From positions 7,688 through 71,687 of the forward strand of contig CAZWMJ010000002.1 of the NCBI GenBank assembly GCA_964635045.1: 64,000 nt of DNA, given 5' to 3'. A program made the translations under genes and the position numbers. The stretch is from an uncultured Gammaproteobacteria bacterium. Lineage in GTDB: Bacteria; Patescibacteriota; Microgenomatia; Levybacterales; UBA12049. How positions within the stretch are numbered: position 1 is the first letter of the stretch; the number at the start of each line of letters is the position of its first letter. The notes beneath the pieces were generated by a model. That model ran no database searches. It saw only the letters and a list, made by a program, of their open reading frames with translations, and was not told the origin of the DNA. Below, in pieces: positions 52,329 to 60,057 of the stretch.

Positions 52329-53065
52329 ATTGACTCCTCAAAGCCTATTATAGCAAAACAACCTTGAATAAATGTGTTTGTTTCAGTTATAACAATATCG
52401 CTATCTTTTTGTTTTAAGTACAAGCGCGCGTTGCCTGTTTGAAAACTAAGAGTAAACGGATTATCAACTATGACTGATCTAACAAATTTTAATCCATTTC
52501 CACGAGCCTCAGGCATTCGACCGGAAATTATTTCCGTGAAGGCTACTTTAAGAGCCTCACTTGCATTATTTAACTCTGGTTTTACTCGTCTAAGAGTAGC
52601 AAATATTCCTTGACCACGATCGGCTAATACAACCTTTCTGCTTCTGATAGAATACGAGAAGAAAATACCGGGAATATCAGGCCAATTGCCCAAGTTATGA
52701 TCAAACGAATTATTGCCAATTTCTCCGGCGACAGCGGTGACAAGCGATACTGTTGTTAACGGTGAAATACGGCTAAGTCCTGCTTGGAACGTTTCGAGTC
52801 GGGCTTGAAACACATCACGTGTTTGACAATACATATTGGATGCCGGCTCCATTGCCTGATGTGCTGCCGCCCATTGTTGCGCCCAGTCTACAATATGTTT
52901 CTCGTGAAAAACCTGTTCAATATCTGATTGCAAATAATATCTATGACCCCGCGGACTGCTTCGAACTGACTTAAGCCGCCCTGCCAAATCCCACCTTCGA
53001 AGAGTATCAATTGAAATACCAAGCATCTGCGCGGTTTTTCCTATTGAAATAAGTGTGCTTTGCAT
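52325..53065 (-). CDS. MerR/excisionase-type HTH fused to a GHKL (RsbW/SpoIIAB-like) ATPase/kinase domain
   Basis: Start set at ATG 53065 (MQSTLISIGKTAQMLGISIDTLRRWDLAGRL...RGHRYY is the HTH). N-box EIGNNSFDH, G1 DRGQGI and G2 GNGLKF. The track's 18-codon extension overlaps a GIY-YIG gene fragment. Confidence 0.6.
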   Translation of the reverse strand: MQSTLISIGKTAQMLGISIDTLRRWDLAGRLKSVRSSPRGHRYYLQSDIEQVFHEKHIVDWAQQWAAAHQAMEPASNMYCQTRDVFQARLETFQAGLSRISPLTTVSLVTAVAGEIGNNSFDHNLGNWPDIPGIFFSYSIRSRKVVLADRGQGIFATLRRVKPELNNASEALKVAFTEIISGRMPEARGNGLKFVRSVIVDNPFTLSFQTGNARLYLKQKDSDIVITETNTFIQGCFAIIGFEESI

Positions 53066-53111
53066 AGGTTTAGATATCAAATCTATGTATATTCTATAAG
53101 AATATGTAAAT

Positions 53112-53177
53112 CTATGCAAGTATTAGATTATAGATGAAGTTTTTAAGAAGATGAACGTAAACGTAGCAGAATTTCAT
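53112..53177 (-). pseudogene. 5' fragment of a small GIY-YIG nuclease gene
   Basis: The minus strand encodes MKFCYVYVHLLKNFIYNLILA*, compared with the intact copy (56465 downward) MKFYYVYVLQNPSKNFIYIGFSE. Nucleotide identity is clear over the first ~60 nt and then lost. Confidence 0.6.
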
Positions 53178-53295
53178 CCTTTGGGACGTACCATGCGGTA
53201 CATCCCTCACTTACCTTCGGTTTATGGCGAAGCCATGCACCAAATGGTGCGTGGCTCGAGAATCGTAACTCTAATATAACCACGAGTTTATCGCA

Positions 53296-53352
53296 TATTA
53301 TAAAGGCTTTTTCTAACCTTAGGATTGCTATAGTCCTGAGCTTGCCGAAGGA
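53296..53352 (+). repeat. partial third copy of the IIKAF-module joined to a GAGCTTGCCGA hairpin element
   Basis: ATTATAAAGGCTTTTT matches 54524-54539. It is followed by TCCTGAGCTTGCCGAAGGA (53334-53352). Confidence 0.55.
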
Positions 53353-53411
53353 TAGCTCAAATCAAGAAAGAGATCGAAAAAGTTAAATCTAAAAACTGTA
53401 TAATATAAACA

Positions 53412-53996
53412 ATGGATTATAAAACAAAAACCTCACTTATTCTTCCATTTAATGGTATTTGGCTTGTAAGTAATGGCGGAAGAACACCGGAAACAAATAA
53501 TCATGTACGACCAGCAGAACAAGGTCCTCAAAATCAACTGTACGCATATGATTTTCGAATGGAAAGTATGGGAAAAGAAACAAAACTTGAAGAGTTTGAG
53601 GTTTATGGGAAGGAAGTATTAGCTCCTGCAGATGGAATAATCATACAAGTTATTGACGGATCAATTGATGTACTCCCAGGAGAGCGTGATAGAAGCGTTG
53701 GTGTGGGTAATGCGATTATTATCGACCATCAGAACGGAGAATATAGCTTACTTTGTCACTTCAAATTTAATTCAATAAAAATAAAGGTTGGCGACAAAGT
53801 AAAACGGGGAGAAGTAATTGGATTATGTGGAAATACTGGGAATACACAGCAACCGCACATTCACTTTAATCTGCAAGACGAACCTTTGATGCATAGGGCA
53901 AAAGCGTTACCGGCGCAGTTTTCCAAAATATTGGTTGATGGAAAAGAAAAACTGAAATACGAACCCATTCGTGGAGAAAAAGTATCCAATCCTTAA
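53412..53996 (+). CDS. M23-family metallopeptidase (no signal peptide seen)
   Basis: 194 aa. IIDHQNGEYSLLCHF and GLCGNTGNTQQPHIHFNL motifs. TGTATAAT lies 7 nt before the ATG. Confidence 0.8.
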   Translation: MDYKTKTSLILPFNGIWLVSNGGRTPETNNHVRPAEQGPQNQLYAYDFRMESMGKETKLEEFEVYGKEVLAPADGIIIQVIDGSIDVLPGERDRSVGVGNAIIIDHQNGEYSLLCHFKFNSIKIKVGDKVKRGEVIGLCGNTGNTQQPHIHFNLQDEPLMHRAKALPAQFSKILVDGKEKLKYEPIRGEKVSNP

Positions 53997-54211
53997 TAAT
54001 CAGATAGGCCAATTTAGTATATTAAGCGCCACTTAGCTCAAACGATGGTATGATTATATCCCATCAGCAGAACTATTTGTAGAACCATTTAGATGAGTAA
54101 AAACAAACACTTCTCCACCACTATTATTCACAATTGTATATCGGTCGTTATCAGAACTTGTGTTGGGGCTAAAGCATAAAAGACTATGCTATACTCAATT
54201 CAAACGGCTTT

Positions 54212-54454
54212 ATGTTAAAAATTTTCATTGTAATTTTATCTCTCTTCATCTCTATATGGTTAGTTGGTAGTGATGACTGGGTAAAATTGGTGGTAACAAT
54301 TTTCTATGCTCTTTGGCTCTCCGCCCCAGCATTGGTGATAAAAGATAACGCAAAAACAATTCTCTTAGGATATGTTATATGGGTAGTCGTGCAGGTTTTA
54401 ATATATAGATGGGGATTAGGTCCTCCAGAGGGAATGGGAATCCCTCATTTTTAG
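54212..54454 (+). CDS. small membrane protein; frame continues beyond an in-frame TAG
   Basis: 80 aa with 3 TM helices. After TAG 54452-54454 the same frame stays open for 57 more codons, to TAA 54623-54625. Confidence 0.45.
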   Translation: MLKIFIVILSLFISIWLVGSDDWVKLVVTIFYALWLSAPALVIKDNAKTILLGYVIWVVVQVLIYRWGLGPPEGMGIPHF

Positions 54455-54532
54455 ATACCTATCTATTGGGGTAGATTTTGGCTCCGTAATCCTCGGATTA
54501 ATCTGACTGATGCTTTCAATTGTATTATAAAG

Positions 54533-54625
54533 GCTTTTCAAAATCCGATATGGGCGGAACAAGCTCGTCAAAGATTGAATCAAGTAAAAACACTAACTAG
54601 AGCGTTTACTGTAATAACGCCATAA
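54533..54625 (+). repeat. repeated coding module AFQNPIWAEQARQRLNQVKTLTRAFTVITP* (copy A)
   Basis: 52 of 72 nt are identical to copy B over 24 aligned codons, and many differences are synonymous. Overlaps the 3' end of the minus-strand gene 54593-55222. Confidence 0.7.
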
Positions 54626-55222
54626 AGCGTAATCAAGCTGTCTTGCTTTAACATTAAGCTGTTTGGCTGTTTCTTCAACAATCTGGACAACTTCTTCCAA
54701 AGATAGATTTTTACCCGTACCGTCTTTTACAGCTCTTTTCAAATGGATGTCGGGCTTTATGGTATCTGCACCACACATTAATCTTAGGTATTGAAAAGTA
54801 GTAAAACCAAAACCCTTAACATTAAATTTCTTATAATCCCTAATTGTTGACTGCTTACCCCAAGCCTGTAAGGCTGTTAACCCATCATTAATTTTCAATT
54901 CTTTTTTAATCTCAATACATTTATTTATTAGTCTTTTTAGTATCTCTACTCTATCGGGATGATTGTAGTTCCAAATCCTGCAGAATCCTTTTACTCCTTC
55001 GTCTTCAATAGTTTGTAATGCTTGTTCTAATGTTTTAATGCCACTTTTTCTTATAAGCTCAACCCTGGGAACAACAAAAGAATCATATTTTCTGTTCATT
55101 GAAAGAACAGCGTCAACCAATATCAAAACTAGATTATCGTAATTAAATTCATTGGGAGCCTGATTGAAATCAAGATTTAAAGAATTAACGTAATGAAGAA
55201 AAATATTAACGGGCGTTTGCAT
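54593..55222 (-). CDS. hypothetical protein with helix-hairpin-helix-like segment (DNA-glycosylase-like, weak)
   Basis: 209 aa. VKGFGFTTFQYLRLMCGADTIKPDIHLKRAV resembles the HhH-GPD segment (GiG..tA...L...g..d..pvDvHv.R). Confidence 0.35.
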   Translation of the reverse strand: MQTPVNIFLHYVNSLNLDFNQAPNEFNYDNLVLILVDAVLSMNRKYDSFVVPRVELIRKSGIKTLEQALQTIEDEGVKGFCRIWNYNHPDRVEILKRLINKCIEIKKELKINDGLTALQAWGKQSTIRDYKKFNVKGFGFTTFQYLRLMCGADTIKPDIHLKRAVKDGTGKNLSLEEVVQIVEETAKQLNVKARQLDYALWRYYSKRSS

Positions 55223-55240
55223 AAATCATTTATATGATAG

Positions 55241-55324
55241 GCTTTTCAAAATCTTGTATGGGCGGGACAGACTCGCAATAGACTAAATGAAATCAAGATG
55301 CTAACAAGAGCCATAACTCCTTAA
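55241..55324 (+). repeat. repeated coding module AFQNLVWAGQTRNRLNEIKMLTRAITP* (copy B)
   Basis: Preceded by stop codons in frame, so only the tail is present. Its TAA (55322-55324) interlocks with the TAA of the minus-strand gene (55321-55323) in the palindrome TTAA. Confidence 0.7.
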
Positions 55325-56079
55325 AATATTTTTCTCCAACGCTTAAATACTTTGACATCAGAAATACTCAGTTTAAACCATTCATTTTTTGGCTTGTCGG
55401 GATAAAGTCGCTTACTGCTAAATCTATTTAGCCAGTATTGTTCTATACCACCAATGTCATCAGTTTTTATCGGGTGAATTAATTCTTCAATATTTGAGGG
55501 TTGACGAAGTTGCTTTAACCTCTGTTCCAAATTCTTTGTTTTCCCTATTTTATAAGCTACAGCGTTATTCAATGAGCTTTTTAGCAAATATACATATCCA
55601 ATACCACCACCTTTATCTAAATTTGCGGCTTCTGTTGCATTGCTTTCAAATTTAGCTAGAGCTGAATTGCAAATTTCGGCGACATTATCATATCCTTGTT
55701 TATCTTCAATGAAGTCGAGAATTCCTAACGCTAACTCTTTAACCTGACCAAGATTTTTGTAAAAGGTTGAAGAATCGGGAAAATTTTTATTTCTAAAGTG
55801 TCTAATGTCCAATAAACCTCTTGTCGGCCACTTGTCCTCTTCACGAATAACCTTAATAAAGAGCTTGCGTAATTGGTCAGGGTTATATTTAGTTTTGTCA
55901 AACTTATTGGGAAGTAATCCTACGTCGCGTACTAACTCACCATAATTAGGATAACCACCCTTTTTCAAATCGTATATTCCTATTTCTGCGTACTCATAAA
56001 ATACTTTTTCGCTTGGTGTTTTACCAAGTTCTTTTGCACATTTAAGAATTTTCTTTTTAATATCGTCCTTGGTCGACAT
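55321..56079 (-). CDS. T5orf172/MUG113-type GIY-YIG-superfamily protein with N-terminal homing-endonuclease-associated-like repeats
   Basis: 252 aa. The C-terminus reads GYVYLLKS...AYKIGKTKNLEQRLKQL...IEQYWLNRF...EWFKL. The N-terminal repeats end in ...NYGELVRDVGL and ...FYKNLGQVKELALG. Confidence 0.6.
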   Translation of the reverse strand: MSTKDDIKKKILKCAKELGKTPSEKVFYEYAEIGIYDLKKGGYPNYGELVRDVGLLPNKFDKTKYNPDQLRKLFIKVIREEDKWPTRGLLDIRHFRNKNFPDSSTFYKNLGQVKELALGILDFIEDKQGYDNVAEICNSALAKFESNATEAANLDKGGGIGYVYLLKSSLNNAVAYKIGKTKNLEQRLKQLRQPSNIEELIHPIKTDDIGGIEQYWLNRFSSKRLYPDKPKNEWFKLSISDVKVFKRWRKIF

Positions 56080-56195
56080 ATTATATAGAGCAAAAATTTG
56101 GTCAGATTAAGACAAACTCAGTTCCACAATATTAACACACTTCGGAAGGATTTTCTAATTTCCGAAATATTCCTTTAGCATTGTCAGATACAATT

Positions 56196-56465
56196 CTATA
56201 TCTGATTCATGCTAAAATAATCCTTTAGCATGGTCATTAATGTCGTTCTTCCACGATTTGATTTCAAGTATAGCTCGCGACGTTTTGCATCCTGCATGTT
56301 TTTATACGCTTCGTAATGAATAAGTTCAAGAGGTAAATATGATTTTGTGGATTTATTTTCCCCTTTATTGTGAGAAATAACACGGCTTTTTAGATCTTCA
56401 GAAAAACCGATGTAGATAAAATTCTTTGAAGGATTTTGAAGAACATAAACGTAGTAGAATTTCAT
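56196..56465 (-). CDS. small GIY-YIG nuclease-family protein
   Basis: Start taken at ATG 56465: MKFYYVYVLQNPSKNFIYIGFSEDLKSRVISHNKG...RRELYLKS. The track's extension to 56531 runs into the GC-rich spacer next to the tRNA. Confidence 0.8.
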   Translation of the reverse strand: MKFYYVYVLQNPSKNFIYIGFSEDLKSRVISHNKGENKSTKSYLPLELIHYEAYKNMQDAKRRELYLKSNRGRTTLMTMLKDYFSMNQI

Positions 56466-56550
56466 GAACTGGCACAGGCACCAGTCGGCGCCTGGCTGCG
56501 GTCCAATTCTTTCCTTGCATGGCGACAGCAAAGTGCAGAATTGTACCTTG

Positions 56551-56622
56551 CTCCGCGGGTAGGACTCGAACCTACGGCCAATCGCTTAACAGGCGACCGC
56601 TCTACCACTGAGCTACCGCGGA
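56551..56622 (-). tRNA. tRNA-Asn (anticodon GTT)
   Basis: Folded by hand on the minus strand: acceptor TCCGCGG/CCGCGGA, D arm GCTC-AGTGGTA-GAGC, anticodon arm GTCGC-CTGTTAA-GCGAT, variable TGGCC, T arm GTAGG-TTCGAGT-CCTAC, discriminator G. No encoded CCA. Confidence 0.9.
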
Positions 56623-56702
56623 ACGTCAAACGTTCCTGCCAAGTCTGACTCGGCGGAATGTAGTATTTATTTTACCATCAAAAAGAGTATAAATCTATAC
56701 AC

Positions 56703-57422
56703 ATGCCCAATATCTGTTATAATAAGCTTGCTATGGTAGTGGAAACAGCTCATTCGAGTCCTCCACAAGAAGGAATAACACGTCCGGATATTCATAATGT
56801 TGTGCCGGAAGGGACATTTTTTGCCGGAGAATACACACCACAGCGGCTAGCTGCTATCCGAAAGGCTGTAGCGTTAGGAAGAAGACTTGCGGCTTCTCAT
56901 CCGGAGGTAGCAGATTTATATAGAGAAATGAACCCTAGTCCAACTAGATATATTGATATAGCACGAAGAGTTATTCCTCCAATGGCGCAAGACAGTCCAG
57001 AAATAGCTTCAAGGGCAGTCGGTTATGCGGTAAGAAGATTAATTCCGCCCGATGAGCAAGCTCAATTAACAGCGGCGCATCGAGGGCGCCATCTTCGTCA
57101 ACGAATGGCAAAACTTACCCCTGCTCAATTAACTGATCATCAAAGAACGGCTGCGGCAAGAAGACATGAAATACACGGGGTAGATACGCAAGTAATGATT
57201 CGTGCGAGAGGAAGAACTCCGTGGGGAGAGGAAGAACGAGAATTGGTTTTACAGCTTCTCGTAAACGACCCTGAATATAAACATACAAGTGGAAGTATAG
57301 AAGGAACTCCAAACCATCAAAAGATTGCTGACCTTTTAAACGAGATTTTTCATGACGATAAGCCGGTAAGATACGCAAATAGCGTTGCCAGTCTTATCAG
57401 AGACGCAAGGAGGAAAAAATAG
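56703..57422 (+). CDS. hypothetical protein (GC-richer than surroundings)
   Basis: 239 aa, Arg/Ala-rich. A possible Myb/SANT-like RTPWGEEERELVLQLL segment. Confidence 0.5.
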   Translation: MPNICYNKLAMVVETAHSSPPQEGITRPDIHNVVPEGTFFAGEYTPQRLAAIRKAVALGRRLAASHPEVADLYREMNPSPTRYIDIARRVIPPMAQDSPEIASRAVGYAVRRLIPPDEQAQLTAAHRGRHLRQRMAKLTPAQLTDHQRTAAARRHEIHGVDTQVMIRARGRTPWGEEERELVLQLLVNDPEYKHTSGSIEGTPNHQKIADLLNEIFHDDKPVRYANSVASLIRDARRKK

Positions 57423-57441
57423 GCTCTGATATAATATATCT

Positions 57442-57813
57442 ATGCTGAGAAATATTTCCTCTGTGCTTATTTGGTCGCAAAACTATCGGAAACTGGCCAA
57501 TTGGTATCAGGAAAAACTTGGTCTTACTCCCATTGATGAACTTAATCATCCCCAAGACACCGGAGTGGGATTTCAGGTGGGAAAGGTTTATCTTTGGATT
57601 GGACAACATTCAAAAGTAAAAGGCAAAAACAAAGATATCCACAGACACATGTTCAATTTCGAAGTAAACTCCGTCACAAAAACATACGAAGCGCTTAAAG
57701 CAAAAGGAGTTAAATTCTTTGCCAAACCATTTAAGGCGCCGACCTTTGATAAATATTTTGCCACCTTTTATGACTTTGATAATAATCTGGTGCAGTTAAT
57801 TGGAGATAAATAA
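57442..57813 (+). CDS. VOC-family (glyoxalase/bleomycin-resistance fold) protein
   Basis: 123 aa. VLIWSQNYRKLANWYQEKLGL... and a C-terminal FYDFDNNLVQL. TATAAT (57430-57435) lies 6 nt before the ATG. Confidence 0.65.
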   Translation: MLRNISSVLIWSQNYRKLANWYQEKLGLTPIDELNHPQDTGVGFQVGKVYLWIGQHSKVKGKNKDIHRHMFNFEVNSVTKTYEALKAKGVKFFAKPFKAPTFDKYFATFYDFDNNLVQLIGDK

Positions 57814-57816
57814 TAA

Positions 57817-58566
57817 TTAACGTGAAGGGCGGGCCGAGGGCGTAGCTGAAATAGTTTCCTTAAAATCAACTCTTAATCTGCCGATGTCGTGGCGTATTTG
57901 AGCAAATTCCGATCTGACAGAGGCCAAATCCTTCCTCACCTGCGAGAGCGTTGTCTGCGGATTGGGGCTTGAGATACCGACACCCAACACAGTCGTCTTA
58001 TCCTGCGTCAATTTGTTATTTATTGTCTCAAGTCTATTGTTGATATCGTTAACCAGCAATTGAAAATTGGTCACATCTGCGCCTTGCGACTTTAAATCAT
58101 TAATTTTATTCTGAAGTTTTGGAACTAAGGGCGCCACTTTTGCCGCTAACGCCTGCAGGTTGTCTATTATAATAAGCAGCCTGATTTTGGGCACAAATAT
58201 GGCATTTATCTTAAAATTTGTGATAACCTGTTTGGCATCCAAGCGGGCAGTGGCTAAATCGTTACCCGCATCTATTTTTGCCTTAAGTCTCATCAGTTCA
58301 TTAATGGTCGCTGTCACATTGGCGGAAAGAGAGACCTTTTCATCGGCAGAAAGTTTTTTGTCGGCTTGAATACGAGACAGCAATCTATTGAGTTCATTTA
58401 CTCTATTATTAATCATCTTATCTGCTCGCTTTTTCAAATTATCCAGATTATTTTCTTGTTTTGCCGCCGCCCTACTGGCTTGATTTTCCACATTATTGCG
58501 GGCAAAAGCGGGACTAACACCTATTAAAAATATGCCCGCCATAATTAAAATTAATATTTTTTTCAT
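57817..58566 (-). CDS. secreted coiled-coil protein, unknown function
   Basis: 249 aa with a signal-like N-terminus (...GVSPAFARNN) and long heptad-rich helices. Confidence 0.5.
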   Translation of the reverse strand: MKKILILIMAGIFLIGVSPAFARNNVENQASRAAAKQENNLDNLKKRADKMINNRVNELNRLLSRIQADKKLSADEKVSLSANVTATINELMRLKAKIDAGNDLATARLDAKQVITNFKINAIFVPKIRLLIIIDNLQALAAKVAPLVPKLQNKINDLKSQGADVTNFQLLVNDINNRLETINNKLTQDKTTVLGVGISSPNPQTTLSQVRKDLASVRSEFAQIRHDIGRLRVDFKETISATPSARPSR

Positions 58567-58847
58567 AAGCTATTTACCGAATCTGCGCTGTCCTCAGAAG
58601 CATCAATTTGATCTAAAACTTTAAAATCCGCCTCTGTCTGATTACTTCCATCGCTAATAACCGCATCCGTCTCTTGAAGCGCTTGATCGATATTCTGGCC
58701 GCTCCCCGTTTGTGAAGATTGCTGTTGGGGAATGGTTGGTTGCAAAGTTTGTTGGGAAGAAGGCTGTTTTTGACCGGAAGAAGACATCAACGCTATGATG
58801 ATAATTGCCCCTGCGATAATTCCTATTGGTATGACTTTTCTTAACAT
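58563..58847 (-). CDS. small membrane-anchored Q/S-rich protein
   Basis: 94 aa. Promoter TTGACT (58902-58897), 17 nt, TACAAT (58879-58874) upstream. Confidence 0.45.
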   Translation of the reverse strand: MLRKVIPIGIIAGAIIIIALMSSSGQKQPSSQQTLQPTIPQQQSSQTGSGQNIDQALQETDAVISDGSNQTEADFKVLDQIDASEDSADSVNSL

Positions 58848-58947
58848 AGACTAATAATTAAGTTTCCTTTAATATTGTAACTCTCATTTCCTAACCAGTC
58901 AAGTATAGTAAAGTAAAAACGACCAAACCTCTTTTAAGATTATTCTA

Positions 58948-60030
58948 TTAAGCAAGATAGTCTTTTAGTTTGTTGCCGCGGGAGGGATGGCGAAGCTTGC
59001 GAAGGGCTTTGGCTTCAATTTGTCTGATCCGCTCTCTGGTTACCGCAAACATCCGTCCAACCTCTTCCAGAGTTTTTGCCCTGCCGTCTTTGAGACCAAA
59101 ACGCTCTTCCAACACTCTTCGTTCTCTGTCTGAAAGAGTGGAAAGCACCTGTTCAACCTGCTCTTTCAATAATTCTCTGCTTGCCGTATCAAAAAGAGTG
59201 GGAGCGGTTGTATCGTGAATAAAATCACCAAGTCTGCTATCTTCTTCATCTCCAACCGGAGACTCAAGGCTGGCCGGCTCTTGAGATATTTTGATAATCT
59301 CCAGAGCCTTGTCCGGATCTATCCCTAAAACCTTTGCCACCTCTTCCGGAGTTGGCTCGCGTCCAAGTTCCTGCATCAGTTTTCGAGAAGTCCGCAAAAA
59401 TCGATTAATATTCTCAACCATGTGTACCGGAATACGGATGGTACGGGCCTGATCTGCAATTGCCCGGGTGATCGATTGTCTAATCCACCATGTGGCATAG
59501 GTTGAGAACTTAAAACCCCGTCTCCAATCATATTTCTCCACCGCCCGTATCAGCCCCTGATTACCTTCTTGAATCAGATCCAACAGCGTCAGTCCCCGTC
59601 CAACATATTTTTTGGCTATTGACACCACCAAACGCAAATTTGAATTGACCAAAGTTTTCTTTGCTTCTTTATCTTTCTTCTCTACCCGTTTTGCCAAAGA
59701 AATTTCCTGATCAAAAGTCAAAAGAGAAATTCTGCCAATTTCTTTAAGATACATCCGCACCGGGTCGGAAACCGTTCCCTCTGTCAGAACAGTCAGAGCC
59801 TCCAATTCTTTTTCTAAAACTTCTATTGGTTTCTCCTGATCCTCCTCTTCCGCCACGCTTTCAAAAACATCTATGTTGGCGCGCAAAAATCGATTATAAA
59901 GCTCGTCAAGCTCTCCTATATGATCTTCCGGCTTTGGGAAAATGGAGAGAATCTCCTCCTGAGTAATGTATCCCCTCTTTTTTGCCAAAGACACAACATT
60001 TGACATAATCGGTGATAATTTCTGTTTCAT
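58948..60030 (-). CDS. rpoD: RNA polymerase primary sigma factor (sigma-70 family)
   Basis: 360 aa. [35 protein letters not shown] and a region 4 ending LRKLRHP. Confidence 0.95.
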   Translation of the reverse strand: MKQKLSPIMSNVVSLAKKRGYITQEEILSIFPKPEDHIGELDELYNRFLRANIDVFESVAEEEDQEKPIEVLEKELEALTVLTEGTVSDPVRMYLKEIGRISLLTFDQEISLAKRVEKKDKEAKKTLVNSNLRLVVSIAKKYVGRGLTLLDLIQEGNQGLIRAVEKYDWRRGFKFSTYATWWIRQSITRAIADQARTIRIPVHMVENINRFLRTSRKLMQELGREPTPEEVAKVLGIDPDKALEIIKISQEPASLESPVGDEEDSRLGDFIHDTTAPTLFDTASRELLKEQVEQVLSTLSDRERRVLEERFGLKDGRAKTLEEVGRMFAVTRERIRQIEAKALRKLRHPSRGNKLKDYLA

Positions 60031-60057
60031 ATCTTAAGCAATCCAAGTATTATTTTA

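Larger units (their letters stand above)
53112..56622. mobile_element. putative tRNA-Asn-associated accessory island (no integrase seen)
   Basis: Bounded by the GIY-YIG 5' fragment on one side and the intact GIY-YIG gene plus tRNA-Asn on the other. Contents are an M23 peptidase, a small membrane protein, an HhH-like protein and a T5orf172 nuclease-like protein. Three copies of a repeated module separate the cassettes. Confidence 0.35.

Noticed and set aside
53178-53295. A degenerate tRNA or att remnant upstream of the GIY-YIG relic
   Set aside because: I could not fold a cloverleaf. The 10-bp stems are too long for tRNA arms and there is no T-loop (GTTCGA-type) motif.
54050-54170. Minus-strand open frame ...SPNTSSDNDRYTIVNNSGGEVFVFTHLNGSTNSSADGI*
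   Set aside because: It has no usable start codon apart from a late GTG giving 26 aa, and no motif. Possibly a gene relic, but unsupported.
56466-56531. N-terminal extension (MLSPCKERIGPQPGADWCLCQF) of the GIY-YIG ORF
   Set aside because: It is a GC-rich spacer translated by chance. The family N-terminus MKFYYVYV begins at ATG 56465, and the relic copy starts at the equivalent ATG.
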